Shown here: positions 8,680-18,289 of the stretch, in pieces | Layout of the letters: each line of letters begins with the position of its first letter | How positions within the stretch are numbered: position 1 is the stretch's first letter | Source: a phage | Direction: 5' to 3' (one strand) | Sequence record: PZ171032.1 | Length of the DNA stretch: 64,000 nt | Program-made: the position numbers and the translations under genes | The notes under the pieces: model-generated | Databases searched by the model: none | Seen by the model: only the letters and a program-made list of their open reading frames with translations | Told to the model about the DNA's origin: nothing

Positions 8680-9144
8680 GTGGAAGACGGACGTTTAATG
8701 AAGTCTGAACGCAGGCTTATTGTGCAACTGATCCCAGAAACAGCTTGGTATAATAACCTCCGAAACGCTGTGAAGAAGAGTGAGTGGGATAAGATCCGTA
8801 AGAAGTGCTACAGAGAGGCAAACTACACTTGCGAGGTGTGCGGCGGTAAAGGCAGCAAACATCCAGTGGAGTGTCATGAACTTTACACTTTCGAAGAGGG
8901 AGTGATCCGGCTTGTCGGACTGATAGCGTTGTGCCCAGATTGTCACACATCGGTACATCCTGGATTAGCAAATATCCGTGGAAAGTATGCTCAGGCAGTT
9001 AATCAGTTGGCTAAGGTGAATAAGATCACCAGAGGTATGGCAGAGGCGTATTACCGAGACTGCTTTGCAGAGTGGCGCGAGCTTAGTAAAGTTCCAGAAT
9101 GGAAGACTGACTTTTCGTGGATAGAGGGTTACCTTGATGGCTAA
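8680..9144 (+). CDS. zinc-binding HNH / His-Me-finger-like protein
   Basis: CEVCGG ... HPVECHE ... CPDCH spacing resembles HNH-type zinc-coordinating nucleases. Confidence 0.35.
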   Translation: MEDGRLMKSERRLIVQLIPETAWYNNLRNAVKKSEWDKIRKKCYREANYTCEVCGGKGSKHPVECHELYTFEEGVIRLVGLIALCPDCHTSVHPGLANIRGKYAQAVNQLAKVNKITRGMAEAYYRDCFAEWRELSKVPEWKTDFSWIEGYLDG

Positions 9145-9427
9145 GAGATCTGTAAAAGAGAAATTCGATAAGACAGCTTTTGTATTCGATACACCTCTGG
9201 ACGATATCATCAGAGGTATGCAAGCCTTGTATCGGAAGGCTGAATCTGAGCAGTTGTCTGAATCAGAACTTTACTGGCTTGGTTGGTGGGAGTTAAACCT
9301 GCCTAAAGCTGAAAGCTCTTGTCTGAGAACTGTTAAAACGTGCGCCCAAGAAAACGCTGCACTTGGAATCTACCACAAAAGGAAAAGATCAACAAAAAGC
9401 TCTCCAAGAAAGACTAAAAAGTCTTGA
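9134..9427 (+). CDS. hypothetical protein with basic C-terminal tail
   Basis: 97-aa ORF; C-terminus KRKRSTKSSPRKTKKS. Confidence 0.4.
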   Translation: MMAKRSVKEKFDKTAFVFDTPLDDIIRGMQALYRKAESEQLSESELYWLGWWELNLPKAESSCLRTVKTCAQENAALGIYHKRKRSTKSSPRKTKKS

Positions 9428-9453
9428 CAAAAGTGTTATTAATCTGATATTAT
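9424..9453 (+). promoter_or_regulatory. sigma70-type promoter (TTGACA-17-ATATTA/TATTAT)
   Basis: Near-consensus hexamers read directly, about 35 nt upstream of the 9487 ORF. Confidence 0.6.
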
Positions 9454-9486
9454 CGGTCAGATATCTATAAACTAGGAGAACTAGGT

Positions 9487-9795
9487 ATGCTTAAAATTTT
9501 TATTGTTGAAGATAAAGATATTGTCCAGTTGTATGCAAACGAGAATCATAAAGGTATGATTCTGAAGAAGGCAAGCAACCTTCATGAAAACACAATTCAA
9601 CCTGGCGATGTAATTAAGATCTGTGGTTATATGATACCAGACTCCTTGATGAAAATAACCCACCACTGGGGGTCTAATCCGTTCCTTTTTGAAAAGTATT
9701 GGGATGTTGAGTCACTTATTGCAGAGAGTGATGATGCATTCCATTACAGCATCCAACCATCTTGCAGAATAACTAACAGGAGGGTCTTTGAGTAG
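9487..9795 (+). CDS. hypothetical protein
   Basis: 102-aa ORF downstream of promoter. Confidence 0.45.
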   Translation: MLKIFIVEDKDIVQLYANENHKGMILKKASNLHENTIQPGDVIKICGYMIPDSLMKITHHWGSNPFLFEKYWDVESLIAESDDAFHYSIQPSCRITNRRVFE

Positions 9796-10927
9796 AGAAT
9801 ATCCACTTATTGAGTCCATAGATTGTCTGGCTGATCTTCTTGAACCTGACGCTATAGTTTATTATGACTTCGATCAGGTTGCATATCAAGCTGCAGCAAG
9901 TTGTGAAAAAAGGACAATTGAGGTAACACACAAAGCCTCCGGACGTAAGAAGATGTTTAAAACACGAACAGAGTTCTGGGGGCGTCAGAAGAACACCGTT
10001 GGTGGTTGGCTAAAAGCTGAGAATACCAACCGTGAAGCCGCATGTAAAAAGTCTGGTAAGGAGTTTATTCCGTGGACACGTGAAGATTTTGATGTCTTGG
10101 ATATCCAAACACCTGACCCTGTAGAGAACTGCTTGCACACAATAAAATGTAAGGCAAATGCAGTTCTTAACTATCTTGGTATTCCGGAAGAGCGATGTGT
10201 CGGGGTGTTGGGAGGCACAGGTAACTTCAGACTAGATCTTCCAATGCCGGAAAGATACAAAGCCAACCGTAACAATACTCTTCGACCACTGCTGCTTGGA
10301 GATGCAAGACAGTATCTCCAAAAGCAGTATAATGCTCAAGTGATCAACGGTATCGAGGCTGATGACTGGTTAGCTATCCAGCAATTTGAAGGTTGGAACC
10401 ACTACCAAAAAACAGGTAAGTTCAACAAGTTTATTATCTCTATTGATAAGGACCAAAGAACACTACCGGGGCTTGTGTTCGATCCCATGCGAAACGATAA
10501 GGGAGATTTTGTAAGGGAAACCCCTATGCTGATCGATAACGGTATGGGGAACATCTTCATGAAGCCTAATGGAGAGGTTGGTGGTTACGGAATGCTGTTC
10601 TTCGGATACCAAATGCTGTGTGGTGACTCTGCTGACAACATCAAGCCGTATCAGGGACTTATCGGTAAGGGTAAGTTCGGAGATGCCTCAGCATTCTACC
10701 TACTGTCTCAGTGCAGCACTCCAAAGGAGATGTGGATGGCTATTATTGATCAGTACAAGAAGTGGTTCCCGAAAGGTGTTGTTAAGTATACTGACTTCAA
10801 TGGTATTGATCGTAGAATTTCCGTAGGTCAATGGATGAGTATAATTTTTGACTGTTTGTATATGAAGCGAACATTCAATGATCAAACAAAACTTGTTAAC
10901 GTTCTTAGAAATGTTGGAGCAATTTGA
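9788..10927 (+). CDS. 5'-3' exonuclease / flap endonuclease (FEN, T7 gp6 / T5 D15-like)
   Basis: YKANR, GIEADD and GDSADNIKP...GKGKFG (H3TH) motifs characteristic of the 5'-nuclease family. Confidence 0.8.
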   Translation: MSREYPLIESIDCLADLLEPDAIVYYDFDQVAYQAAASCEKRTIEVTHKASGRKKMFKTRTEFWGRQKNTVGGWLKAENTNREAACKKSGKEFIPWTREDFDVLDIQTPDPVENCLHTIKCKANAVLNYLGIPEERCVGVLGGTGNFRLDLPMPERYKANRNNTLRPLLLGDARQYLQKQYNAQVINGIEADDWLAIQQFEGWNHYQKTGKFNKFIISIDKDQRTLPGLVFDPMRNDKGDFVRETPMLIDNGMGNIFMKPNGEVGGYGMLFFGYQMLCGDSADNIKPYQGLIGKGKFGDASAFYLLSQCSTPKEMWMAIIDQYKKWFPKGVVKYTDFNGIDRRISVGQWMSIIFDCLYMKRTFNDQTKLVNVLRNVGAI

Positions 10928-11259
10928 TGACTAAAAATTCTGTAGATAACGCAATTATGGAAGCTGTTTTTGAGGATGATCACACAACAGGGACACTTAA
11001 AACAAAAAATACATTCGTTGTTGCCACAGGTATGTGGCGGTTGTATGAAGATGACACCATTTCATACATCCTGTACACGGATGATTACGCAGATGACCGT
11101 GTATGGTCTGCTGTTTTAAAAGAGGATTGTGAGCTGATTGAGGGCGAGCGGTTATGCATGTTCACCAGTGTGGAAACAGATGTTAAGCTTTGCTCTCTCG
11201 TCTTGTTCAAAGATAAGGCTTACGCTCCTGATGAAGGAGAGGAGGACGAAGAAGCATGA
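10924..11259 (+). CDS. hypothetical acidic protein
   Basis: 111-aa ORF; C-terminus EGEEDEEA. Confidence 0.45.
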   Translation: MMTKNSVDNAIMEAVFEDDHTTGTLKTKNTFVVATGMWRLYEDDTISYILYTDDYADDRVWSAVLKEDCELIEGERLCMFTSVETDVKLCSLVLFKDKAYAPDEGEEDEEA

Positions 11260-11885
11260 GAGAGCGTCTATTATCCATAGACCAGTCGTTGACGCACACA
11301 GCTTGCGTTGTATGGGACGATGGAAAGCCTGTTCATAAGGTTGTGTTACGAACTCAAAGCTCATCTGCAAAAGAGAAGAAACCAGGGACGGTTTCTTTTG
11401 CAACAGCTGCTGAGCGTATTGACTGGATCTGCAAACAGGTCAGATATTATATCCACACGCACGGCGTTGACACCGTAGTTATGGAAGGGCTTTCCTTTGG
11501 ATCACGCGGGGATGCCACACGTGAACTGGCTGGGTTGTTTTACGGTCTTGAAGTTATGCTTTGGGATGCCTTAGCCGATTGTGAAAATGACGGCCTGTTT
11601 AAGGTCCACACAGTGACACCAACAACTGCCAAAAAGTTTGCTCGTAGTCATCTTCCTGAGGAACTTGCTTTCGAGGAGAAGAAAAAGCTTGACAAAAAGA
11701 CAGGTAAAGAGCATACTGTGAAGAAACCTGTTACGATGGATAAAAAGTTGATGGTTAAGGCCTGCGAAGTATCTGAACCTGGGTTCCTAGATGGGATCAA
11801 TTTGGTACAAGGTAAGGCCGATCTTGCAGATGCTTATTGGATAGGCAGGGCGCATCTGGAGGGATTATCGCAAAGCGTAAAATAA
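11256..11885 (+). CDS. RuvC-like Holliday junction resolvase (tentative)
   Basis: LLSIDQSL (N-terminal Asp), VVMEG, VHTVTPTTAKK and KADLADAYWIGRA blocks parallel RuvC catalytic motifs. Confidence 0.55.
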   Translation: MRERLLSIDQSLTHTACVVWDDGKPVHKVVLRTQSSSAKEKKPGTVSFATAAERIDWICKQVRYYIHTHGVDTVVMEGLSFGSRGDATRELAGLFYGLEVMLWDALADCENDGLFKVHTVTPTTAKKFARSHLPEELAFEEKKKLDKKTGKEHTVKKPVTMDKKLMVKACEVSEPGFLDGINLVQGKADLADAYWIGRAHLEGLSQSVK

Positions 11886-12442
11886 GAAAGAAAGCTGTCA
11901 AAGCTCCCGTTCATAACGGGTGGTTAAAAGATTCTAAGGACATAGCCAACTTTCGAAAAGAATTGTCAGAGGAGCAGGATGGTCTTGATCCAATCTTGTG
12001 CGAGCCACTTCGTAAGCCTTGTTTAGATCATGATCATCTGACTGGTCGTTGCAGGGGTGTTTTGTCTCAATGCACTAATACCTTTGAGGGGTATGTGCTT
12101 AAATACTGGATGAAATACTGTAACGAGTATACAGATTGCAGTTTATCAGAGGCGTTGCGCCGGATGGCTGACTATTTGGAGAAAGACTACAGCGACTTCC
12201 CGCTCCACAAAAACTACAGAGATGATATGACAAAGTTCTTGAGGAGATGCTCTAAAGCTACGATCATTGCACGAGCAGAATCAGATCTCAATCTTGTCAT
12301 TAATCCGGAGTGCACCAAGCATGAGGCTATTGAGTTCTACATGCAGGAGTTTATAAAGAAAACTGAGGAGAGAGATTTCTATGGGGATGAAAAAGGTATT
12401 CAATCCTTGCGACTCAGTCCTGATCAGGATGAAATACCGTAA
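11837..12442 (+). CDS. endonuclease VII-type (His-Me finger) nuclease
   Basis: PCLDHDHLTGRCRGVLSQCTNTFEG matches the T4 endonuclease VII signature LDHDH..G...RG.LC..CN..EG. Start uncertain (49-nt overlap with upstream gene). Confidence 0.7.
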   Translation: MDRQGASGGIIAKRKIRKKAVKAPVHNGWLKDSKDIANFRKELSEEQDGLDPILCEPLRKPCLDHDHLTGRCRGVLSQCTNTFEGYVLKYWMKYCNEYTDCSLSEALRRMADYLEKDYSDFPLHKNYRDDMTKFLRRCSKATIIARAESDLNLVINPECTKHEAIEFYMQEFIKKTEERDFYGDEKGIQSLRLSPDQDEIP

Positions 12443-12602
12443 CTGGAAAGGTGTTGTTGCAGATCGCTGCGTTACTGAGCCTAATTTATGGTTTGGCTCT
12501 ACAGAGTATCATAAAGAAGAGCAGTGGTTGATGCGTGCCTTCGATGTAGACAAGGGCGAATATCGTGACTTCGCTTTAAAAGACATTCTTCAGTTTTACT
12601 AA
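12381..12602 (+). CDS. hypothetical protein
   Basis: 73-aa ORF; real start may be an internal ATG. Confidence 0.35.
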   Translation: MGMKKVFNPCDSVLIRMKYRNWKGVVADRCVTEPNLWFGSTEYHKEEQWLMRAFDVDKGEYRDFALKDILQFY

Positions 12603-12614
12603 GGAATCTTAACG

Positions 12615-13598
12615 ATGATGACAAAGTTAACTCTTGAGCAAATTTTAACACTAAAGCAACAGGGATACACTAATAGACGAATTGCTCGTGAATTTTTAGG
12701 CCGTGAGTCACGTGAGAGCTGGATCCGACTACAGCTTAAACGTGCACAAGAGAATATGTCAGAGATTGTAGGAGAAGCAACGGAGCGCTTCCTTGAAGAG
12801 CACAAAGGCGCTAAAGTTTGGGTGTATGATACAGAGACATCCCCAACAAACGGCTGGTTCTTTGGGCACTATAAGACCAACATTCAAACCTGTGGTATTG
12901 AAGTTATGCCTTATATGCTAACTTTCGCAGGTAAGTGGTTAGACAGCCCTAGTGTGGTTGACTGCGCTCTTCCAGATTACAAAATGTGGGATGAGGATAT
13001 TCACAATGATCTCGAATTGATTCAGGATTTGTGGTATTATCTGGATAAATGCGATGTCGCAGTAGCCCACAATTCAGGTTTTGACTGCGGGTGGGCCAAC
13101 CAACGATTTGCATTTCACGGGTTGCCTCCAACAAGCCCCTACAAAGAGGTTGACACCCTTAAAATGATCAAGAAGGCATTCCGTTTGAATGCAAACACTT
13201 TGGAGTATGCATGCAAATACTTCCAACTGGCCAGACAGAAACTGATTGATCACACATTTGAAATGTGGATCAAGTGTGTCCATGGCGATCTTGAGGCATT
13301 TAAACAGATGCGGGAGTATAATGTTGGTGATATCCTGTCTCTGGAAGGACTGTATTTGCTGGCTCGCCCGTTTGCTAAGCAGCACCCCAACATGTCATTG
13401 TACTACCAGGATGAGGAGCCAAAAGTTCGTTGCCCACGCTGTGGTGGAGAACACCTTCACGAGGAAGAAGCTTTGGCGTATACTCAACTGAGTGCATTTA
13501 AAACATACCGCTGCGAAGGTTGTGGATCTGTTGTTCGTGACCGTAACAACATCCGCACCAGAGAAGAAATGAAAAACACCCTGATTCAGATAATCTAA
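12615..13598 (+). CDS. DEDD-family 3'-5' exonuclease with N-terminal HTH and C-terminal zinc ribbon
   Basis: Exo motifs VWVYDTETS, AHNSGFDCGW, YNVGDILSLEGLY; HTH LKQQGYTNRRIAREF; CPRCGG...CEGCG. Confidence 0.65.
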   Translation: MMTKLTLEQILTLKQQGYTNRRIAREFLGRESRESWIRLQLKRAQENMSEIVGEATERFLEEHKGAKVWVYDTETSPTNGWFFGHYKTNIQTCGIEVMPYMLTFAGKWLDSPSVVDCALPDYKMWDEDIHNDLELIQDLWYYLDKCDVAVAHNSGFDCGWANQRFAFHGLPPTSPYKEVDTLKMIKKAFRLNANTLEYACKYFQLARQKLIDHTFEMWIKCVHGDLEAFKQMREYNVGDILSLEGLYLLARPFAKQHPNMSLYYQDEEPKVRCPRCGGEHLHEEEALAYTQLSAFKTYRCEGCGSVVRDRNNIRTREEMKNTLIQII

Positions 13599-13606
13599 CA
13601 ATTATA

Positions 13607-13636
13607 GGGAGGCTTGCGCCTCCCTTTTCCTTTTGG
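13607..13636 (+). terminator. rho-independent terminator (GGGAGGC-ttgc-GCCTCCC + TTTTCCTTTT)
   Basis: Perfect 7-bp GC stem plus U-tract read directly after the exonuclease stop. Confidence 0.75.
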
Positions 13637-13643
13637 AGGCACT

Positions 13644-14462
13644 TTGAGCAAGAAAGAATCCAACGACAAATATTACACAAACCCTGAGTATGCAGAATAT
13701 CTTGTTGGTAAAGTAAAAGATAAGTATGGGAATTGTGCATACGTTGAGCCTTCTGCTGGAAGGGGTTCTTTTTCAAAACTATTTTCAGAGATACTGTCGT
13801 ACGATTTAGTACCAGATCCTGAATTTGAAGGACCAACACCGTGCATTCAGGCAAACTTCTTGGAGGTGCATCCCAAGGCAGATGTCTTCATAGGTAACCC
13901 ACCATTTGGCAAGAATTCATCCTTAGCTTGCAAATTCTTTAACCATTGTGCATCATTGCTAGAGCTTGGAGGGGCTATAGCCTTCATCTTGCCACGGACA
14001 TTTGAAAAAATATTTTTTGCAAACAAACTGGACATGTCGATGCACCTTGTCTACAGCGAAAGGTGCCCTAAGAATTCGTTTTTACTTAATGGCAAACCTT
14101 ATGACGTGCCATGTGTTTTCCAAATTTGGGAGAAAAAGGCGTGCAATAGGGATCCTGTAGAGATTGGAGAGAATAAGTTATTTTCTTTTAGCACACCAGA
14201 TGACTACGACTTCTGTGTAAGACGTGTTGGGTATAATGCTGGAAAAGTATTGGGGGATGATGACCCAAAATCTGAAGAATCAACATATTTCATAAAATCT
14301 TTAGTTAACGGTGTTGACAGAGTGTTTGCTGAATGCTATTCTTCTTTTCAAGAAGAAGCAGGTAAGACTGCTGGAATGAAGAGTATAGGTAAGAAAGAAC
14401 TACAATACATTTTGGAGACCAGGTATGATCAAAAGCATAGACTTGACCAAAGAACTTACTGA
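13644..14462 (+). CDS. DNA N6-adenine methyltransferase (motif I then NPPF)
   Basis: VEPSAGRGSF (AdoMet motif I) and FIGNPPFG (motif IV). Start set at TTG behind GGAGG, downstream of the terminator hairpin; the track ORF start lies inside the hairpin. Confidence 0.7.
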   Translation: MSKKESNDKYYTNPEYAEYLVGKVKDKYGNCAYVEPSAGRGSFSKLFSEILSYDLVPDPEFEGPTPCIQANFLEVHPKADVFIGNPPFGKNSSLACKFFNHCASLLELGGAIAFILPRTFEKIFFANKLDMSMHLVYSERCPKNSFLLNGKPYDVPCVFQIWEKKACNRDPVEIGENKLFSFSTPDDYDFCVRRVGYNAGKVLGDDDPKSEESTYFIKSLVNGVDRVFAECYSSFQEEAGKTAGMKSIGKKELQYILETRYDQKHRLDQRTY

Positions 14463-14883
14463 TGCAAAAGCTTTTGGTGAGACAGCGGTACAAAGAGGAC
14501 AGGCGATGGGACTGGCACTACCTTTCGTCTTAAAAGAGCACTTTACAGATTTTCAACTTATCAAAGGTGATAAGGGAATGCTTATCCTGGAGCATAAGTT
14601 GAGTAAGAAACGCTATAAAGTCGTTTTTAATTCTAAAGCTCCAACAAAACTGGGATTCAGAACTTACAATCTTAACCCATCCTACACTAAGGGTGTTGGA
14701 AGGGTAGAACAACAGCATTTCAGTGCCAGAGCTTCTTTAGCCCCTTTGATGCTAAATTTCTCAGGGGTGGCTTTAGGATACCTTGATAAGAAAAGGGTTC
14801 TTCATGTTCGTTTCACAGACTTTGTAACGCTTTTAGCTAACAACGAGGTTGATGAGAAGGGACGTGTAAAAACAAACTTCTAA
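14425..14883 (+). CDS. hypothetical protein
   Basis: 152-aa ORF, GGAG SD, 38-nt overlap with the MTase gene. Confidence 0.5.
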   Translation: MIKSIDLTKELTDAKAFGETAVQRGQAMGLALPFVLKEHFTDFQLIKGDKGMLILEHKLSKKRYKVVFNSKAPTKLGFRTYNLNPSYTKGVGRVEQQHFSARASLAPLMLNFSGVALGYLDKKRVLHVRFTDFVTLLANNEVDEKGRVKTNF

Positions 14884-14898
14884 TAACGCATAGTATGA

Positions 14899-15102
14899 TT
14901 GGAGACCGAAATGACACTAGAGTTAACAATTCCAGACAGCTTTTCAGAAAACTTTATCCCAGAAATGATGAGTAAGATGCGATCATTGCTTGATCAGATT
15001 GAGGAGGCTGTTTGGGAAGACGATGCTGTAGTGGCTAACGAGCTGGTAGATAAGTGTAAAAGTATTATTGATGCAGTTGAAGAATACCACGGAGGTTTTT
15101 AA
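14899..15102 (+). CDS. hypothetical acidic protein
   Basis: 67-aa ORF. Confidence 0.4.
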   Translation: METEMTLELTIPDSFSENFIPEMMSKMRSLLDQIEEAVWEDDAVVANELVDKCKSIIDAVEEYHGGF

Positions 15103-15716
15103 TGGATATTATTGTTCTTAACGCCCCACCTAGCAGTGGCAAGGATCACATTGCAGATCTCTTGTTGGAAGCTATTCCTAACTCACACCACCGCGAGGTT
15201 AAGGAAATGCTCTTCAGTGTGGCAATTAAGGCAGCTGGTGTAACCCCTCAACTCTGGAATGCACTTTATGACCGCCACTACAAGGAAGAGCCTTGCCCTT
15301 TCTTAATGATAGACGGCAAGCATGTTTCTCCGCGAGAATGGATGATCCATTGTAGTGAAAATCTGATTAAACCTATTTTTGGTGAAGATGCTTTCGGTAA
15401 AGCCGCAGTCGCATCTTTGAAGAAAGATTTCCCTGAAGGTAAAGGGGTTGTTGTTTACTCCGATGGTGGATTCAAAGAGGAGCTGGCATGCCTTAGTGAG
15501 TACGCATACAGCACAGGTGGAGATCTGTTGTTGTTCCGTATTCACCGTGTAGGATATGACTGGGGAAATGATTCCAGAACCTATCTAAGTCTGGAAAAGA
15601 ACGGAATAAAAGGGGTTGAGTTTGATGTTGTAAACCCTGAAGGTGCACCTTGGGAATGTGCATCGGAGATTGTGTGCAAGTATATTGATGCTAAAGAGGC
15701 CCAAGAAGAATGTTAA
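15102..15716 (+). CDS. deoxynucleoside monophosphate kinase (T4 gp1-like)
   Basis: N-terminal IIVLNAPPSSGKDHIADLL resembles the atypical P-loop of phage dNMP kinases. Confidence 0.55.
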   Translation: MDIIVLNAPPSSGKDHIADLLLEAIPNSHHREVKEMLFSVAIKAAGVTPQLWNALYDRHYKEEPCPFLMIDGKHVSPREWMIHCSENLIKPIFGEDAFGKAAVASLKKDFPEGKGVVVYSDGGFKEELACLSEYAYSTGGDLLLFRIHRVGYDWGNDSRTYLSLEKNGIKGVEFDVVNPEGAPWECASEIVCKYIDAKEAQEEC

Positions 15717-16303
15717 TCGGAATTGATGTAGATTTGACACTGGTAGATTCAGGAACAGCATGGTGGGAGTGGTTGGAGCGTTTGTATGGTCCAGCCAGTA
15801 AGACAGTCGCTAAACCTTCTAACGGGCTGATGTATTACGATCTGTCAAAGTATTGGCCTGATCGCCCCAAAGAAAACATCATAGGGCCTTTTGATTTCTG
15901 GAGTGACCCGTTCCTTTACGACTTTCTTAAGCCTGAAGAGGGGGCTATTGAGGTTATGAAAGATTTGGTGGCTCGTGGTCACAAGCTTGCGTTTATCTCG
16001 GTATGCAAGAAAGGTCACCTTGCATCTAAATCAAGGTTCTTAAAGCGTTGGACCAGTGATTTTATGGATCTGGACGATCACACCCAGGGCCACGGCTTCT
16101 ACGCCACACATTTCAAAGGAAATGTGGCTGTAGATGTTATAATTGACGACAGGCATGAATACCTGAACCAATTCGCTTCACGACCTGAAGTTATTAAAAT
16201 CCTAAAAGATACGCCTTATGAGCAATTCGAGGAGTTAAAGGTCAGTGTTGACTATACCGCTAATAGCTGGTATAAAATAGGAAAGTTTTTAGAAGGTATT
16301 TGA
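15710..16303 (+). CDS. HAD-superfamily hydrolase, 5'(3')-deoxyribonucleotidase-like
   Basis: HAD motif I IGIDVDLTLVDSG (DxDxT), motif II AFISVC, motif IV DVIIDD. Confidence 0.6.
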   Translation: MLIGIDVDLTLVDSGTAWWEWLERLYGPASKTVAKPSNGLMYYDLSKYWPDRPKENIIGPFDFWSDPFLYDFLKPEEGAIEVMKDLVARGHKLAFISVCKKGHLASKSRFLKRWTSDFMDLDDHTQGHGFYATHFKGNVAVDVIIDDRHEYLNQFASRPEVIKILKDTPYEQFEELKVSVDYTANSWYKIGKFLEGI

Positions 16304-16304
16304 A

Positions 16305-16505
16305 ATGGGCAGATGTTCTAAAGGTGGCGATCCTGTAGTCAGATATGGAGACTGGCTAGAGGTATATAATCTGGAGGGAAAGCTGGTGTATGCTTCCAGG
16401 ATCACCCAGGATATGTGCTCTGATATGTTTAACAGGTACCTTGCATTTAAGGCCAACATAAACCCAGATGAAATTTCCAAAATTAAAACAAGGAGAGCTA
16501 AATAA
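16305..16505 (+). CDS. hypothetical protein
   Basis: 66-aa ORF, stop overlaps thyX start. Confidence 0.4.
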   Translation: MGRCSKGGDPVVRYGDWLEVYNLEGKLVYASRITQDMCSDMFNRYLAFKANINPDEISKIKTRRAK

Positions 16506-17488
16506 TGCTAAAACTGTGCACTGCAAAGATTATTGCTGACAGCATTTCCGAGAAAGGTAAGCGTATAACCACTTTTGAGCTAGAGTATCCTAGAATCATT
16601 CACTCTGAACTCATGACACACCGAGTTTTCAGCAGAAACGCCATGTCCTCTCGTGCAGTACCTGTTAACAAAATGCTGCAGCAGGTTGTGGAAAATCCTG
16701 CAATGCCAGTTCGTTTTGGTGTAAACCAGCGAGGTATGGAGGATGGTGGCGATCACGATCAGAAGATCCGTGTCGAGTATACTGATCTTGAGTTCTCTCC
16801 TGAAAAGTTCTGGAAAGAAGCTGCCAAAAATGCAGCCTGGCATGCTGAGAAGTTTGCTCTTGCTGGATACCATAAGCAGGTGTGTAACCGCTTAGTAGAG
16901 CCGTTTCAGCGCATGAAAACAGTTGTAACAAGCACCGAGTGGAATAATTTTTTCCACCTCCGTTGCTGGCACGATGCGGATCCTACGATTCAGATGTTGG
17001 CTAATTGTATGTGGGAGGCTATGGCTAATAGCACTCCTGAAATCCTTAAACCCGGTCAATGGCACACCCCATATGTAGAGCACATTTATTTGGACGGTGA
17101 GTTTAACTATGCTGTACGGGATGCAGAAGGAAAGCTCTGCGTTCTCAATACTGAAGAAGCTCTGTCTATTAGTGCAAGCTGTTGTGCACAAGTATCTTAT
17201 CGCAATATTGACAGCACGTTTGAAAAGGCAGACAATGTGGCTAAAAAATTGATTGGTGGGGATCGTATTCATGCAAGCCCTTACGAGCACCAGGCAACAC
17301 CTATGGATCACGATAATGCAATGGAACGTTTAAACTACTATCTGTCTTCATGTGAAATCACACAAGACAGTTGTGTTTGGCAGGAAGGTGTAACCCATCA
17401 AGACCGTGATGGTAAATTCTGGTCTGCCAACTTTTGTGGGTGGGTTCAGCACAGACAACTGCTTAATAACCACTTCATGAAAGGTTAA
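16505..17488 (+). CDS. thyX: flavin-dependent thymidylate synthase (ThyX-like)
   Basis: HRVFSRNAMSSRAVP (ThyX HR-x7-S signature; first Arg replaced by Thr) and NNFFHLRCWHDADPTIQ matching recalled Thermotoga ThyX block NFLNLRADSHAQWEIQ. Confidence 0.65.
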   Translation: MLKLCTAKIIADSISEKGKRITTFELEYPRIIHSELMTHRVFSRNAMSSRAVPVNKMLQQVVENPAMPVRFGVNQRGMEDGGDHDQKIRVEYTDLEFSPEKFWKEAAKNAAWHAEKFALAGYHKQVCNRLVEPFQRMKTVVTSTEWNNFFHLRCWHDADPTIQMLANCMWEAMANSTPEILKPGQWHTPYVEHIYLDGEFNYAVRDAEGKLCVLNTEEALSISASCCAQVSYRNIDSTFEKADNVAKKLIGGDRIHASPYEHQATPMDHDNAMERLNYYLSSCEITQDSCVWQEGVTHQDRDGKFWSANFCGWVQHRQLLNNHFMKG

Positions 17489-17489
17489 T

Positions 17490-17519
17490 CCTATCACAGT
17501 GATAGGTAACTTTTGTGTT
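17490..17519 (+). terminator. terminator candidate: palindrome CCTATCACAGTGATAGG followed by TAACTTTTGTGTT
   Basis: Read directly; the palindrome could instead be an operator for the adjacent promoter. Confidence 0.45.
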
Positions 17520-17546
17520 GACTAATAGTATCAGATAATCTATAAT
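17518..17546 (+). promoter_or_regulatory. sigma70-type promoter (TTGACT-17-TATAAT)
   Basis: Near-consensus hexamers with 17-bp spacer read directly. Confidence 0.7.
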
Positions 17547-17586
17547 AATGGCTCACTTTGTTGGTGAGCCAGAGATGGAGACAGAT

Positions 17587-18048
17587 ATGAGTAATGTTAT
17601 GATTCCTAAAAAGACATTTATTTCAGTTACTTTAGATTTCCTAGCTACCGTCCCTGGGTTTAACGTTCGCACACGAAACGGTCTCCGAGCTGCACTCTTC
17701 GCCGTAGGGTTTGATTTAAAAAATATTGATGTTCTTCGTGGAAAAAACGTTCGATGCAAAAATAAGCCAACCCATTATCGAAAGGCAGATGTATTTGCTG
17801 GTGTCATGCGTGCAGACTTTAGATACCCACAAATGTATAACGGTGTAGATATTTTAGATGTAGATAAAGCACCCGGTGAGGCAATGCTTGTTCAAGATCT
17901 TCCGTATGATATCCCTGTAGAGGATCGTGTTAATGTAAGAAAGTATACAAAACAATCTGAAAAGGCTGAAGATATTCATATTGTTGATGAACCTTTCAAT
18001 TTTGAAGATCTGCATCGCCTGGAAAAATTATTCGGTATTGAAAGCTAA
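17587..18048 (+). CDS. hypothetical protein
   Basis: Start moved to MSNVMIPKK (GGAGACAG SD) because the track start at 17548 lies within 2 nt of the -10 hexamer. Confidence 0.45.
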   Translation: MSNVMIPKKTFISVTLDFLATVPGFNVRTRNGLRAALFAVGFDLKNIDVLRGKNVRCKNKPTHYRKADVFAGVMRADFRYPQMYNGVDILDVDKAPGEAMLVQDLPYDIPVEDRVNVRKYTKQSEKAEDIHIVDEPFNFEDLHRLEKLFGIES

Positions 18049-18058
18049 GGTGGTGAAG

Positions 18059-18289
18059 ATGAGTCATAACTCCAAGTGGAAGGATCTTGGTTTTGCAAGT
18101 CGGGCAGAATATGTTGGTTGGCTTTGGTTCAACGGCCTGACAAACGATATTAAAATGTATGATGATGTTTATTATGACGAGTATACAGGCAAAATTATAA
18201 ATATCTCTGTAGAAGAGGATACCTTTATCCAGCAAGATACTGATACCTGCCTTGATAAATACGTTAATGAAGTGGAGGAAGCAAATTGA
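18059..18289 (+). CDS. hypothetical protein
   Basis: Start at MSHNSKW behind AAGGTGGTG; the longer track ORF overlaps the upstream gene. Confidence 0.4.
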   Translation: MSHNSKWKDLGFASRAEYVGWLWFNGLTNDIKMYDDVYYDEYTGKIINISVEEDTFIQQDTDTCLDKYVNEVEEAN

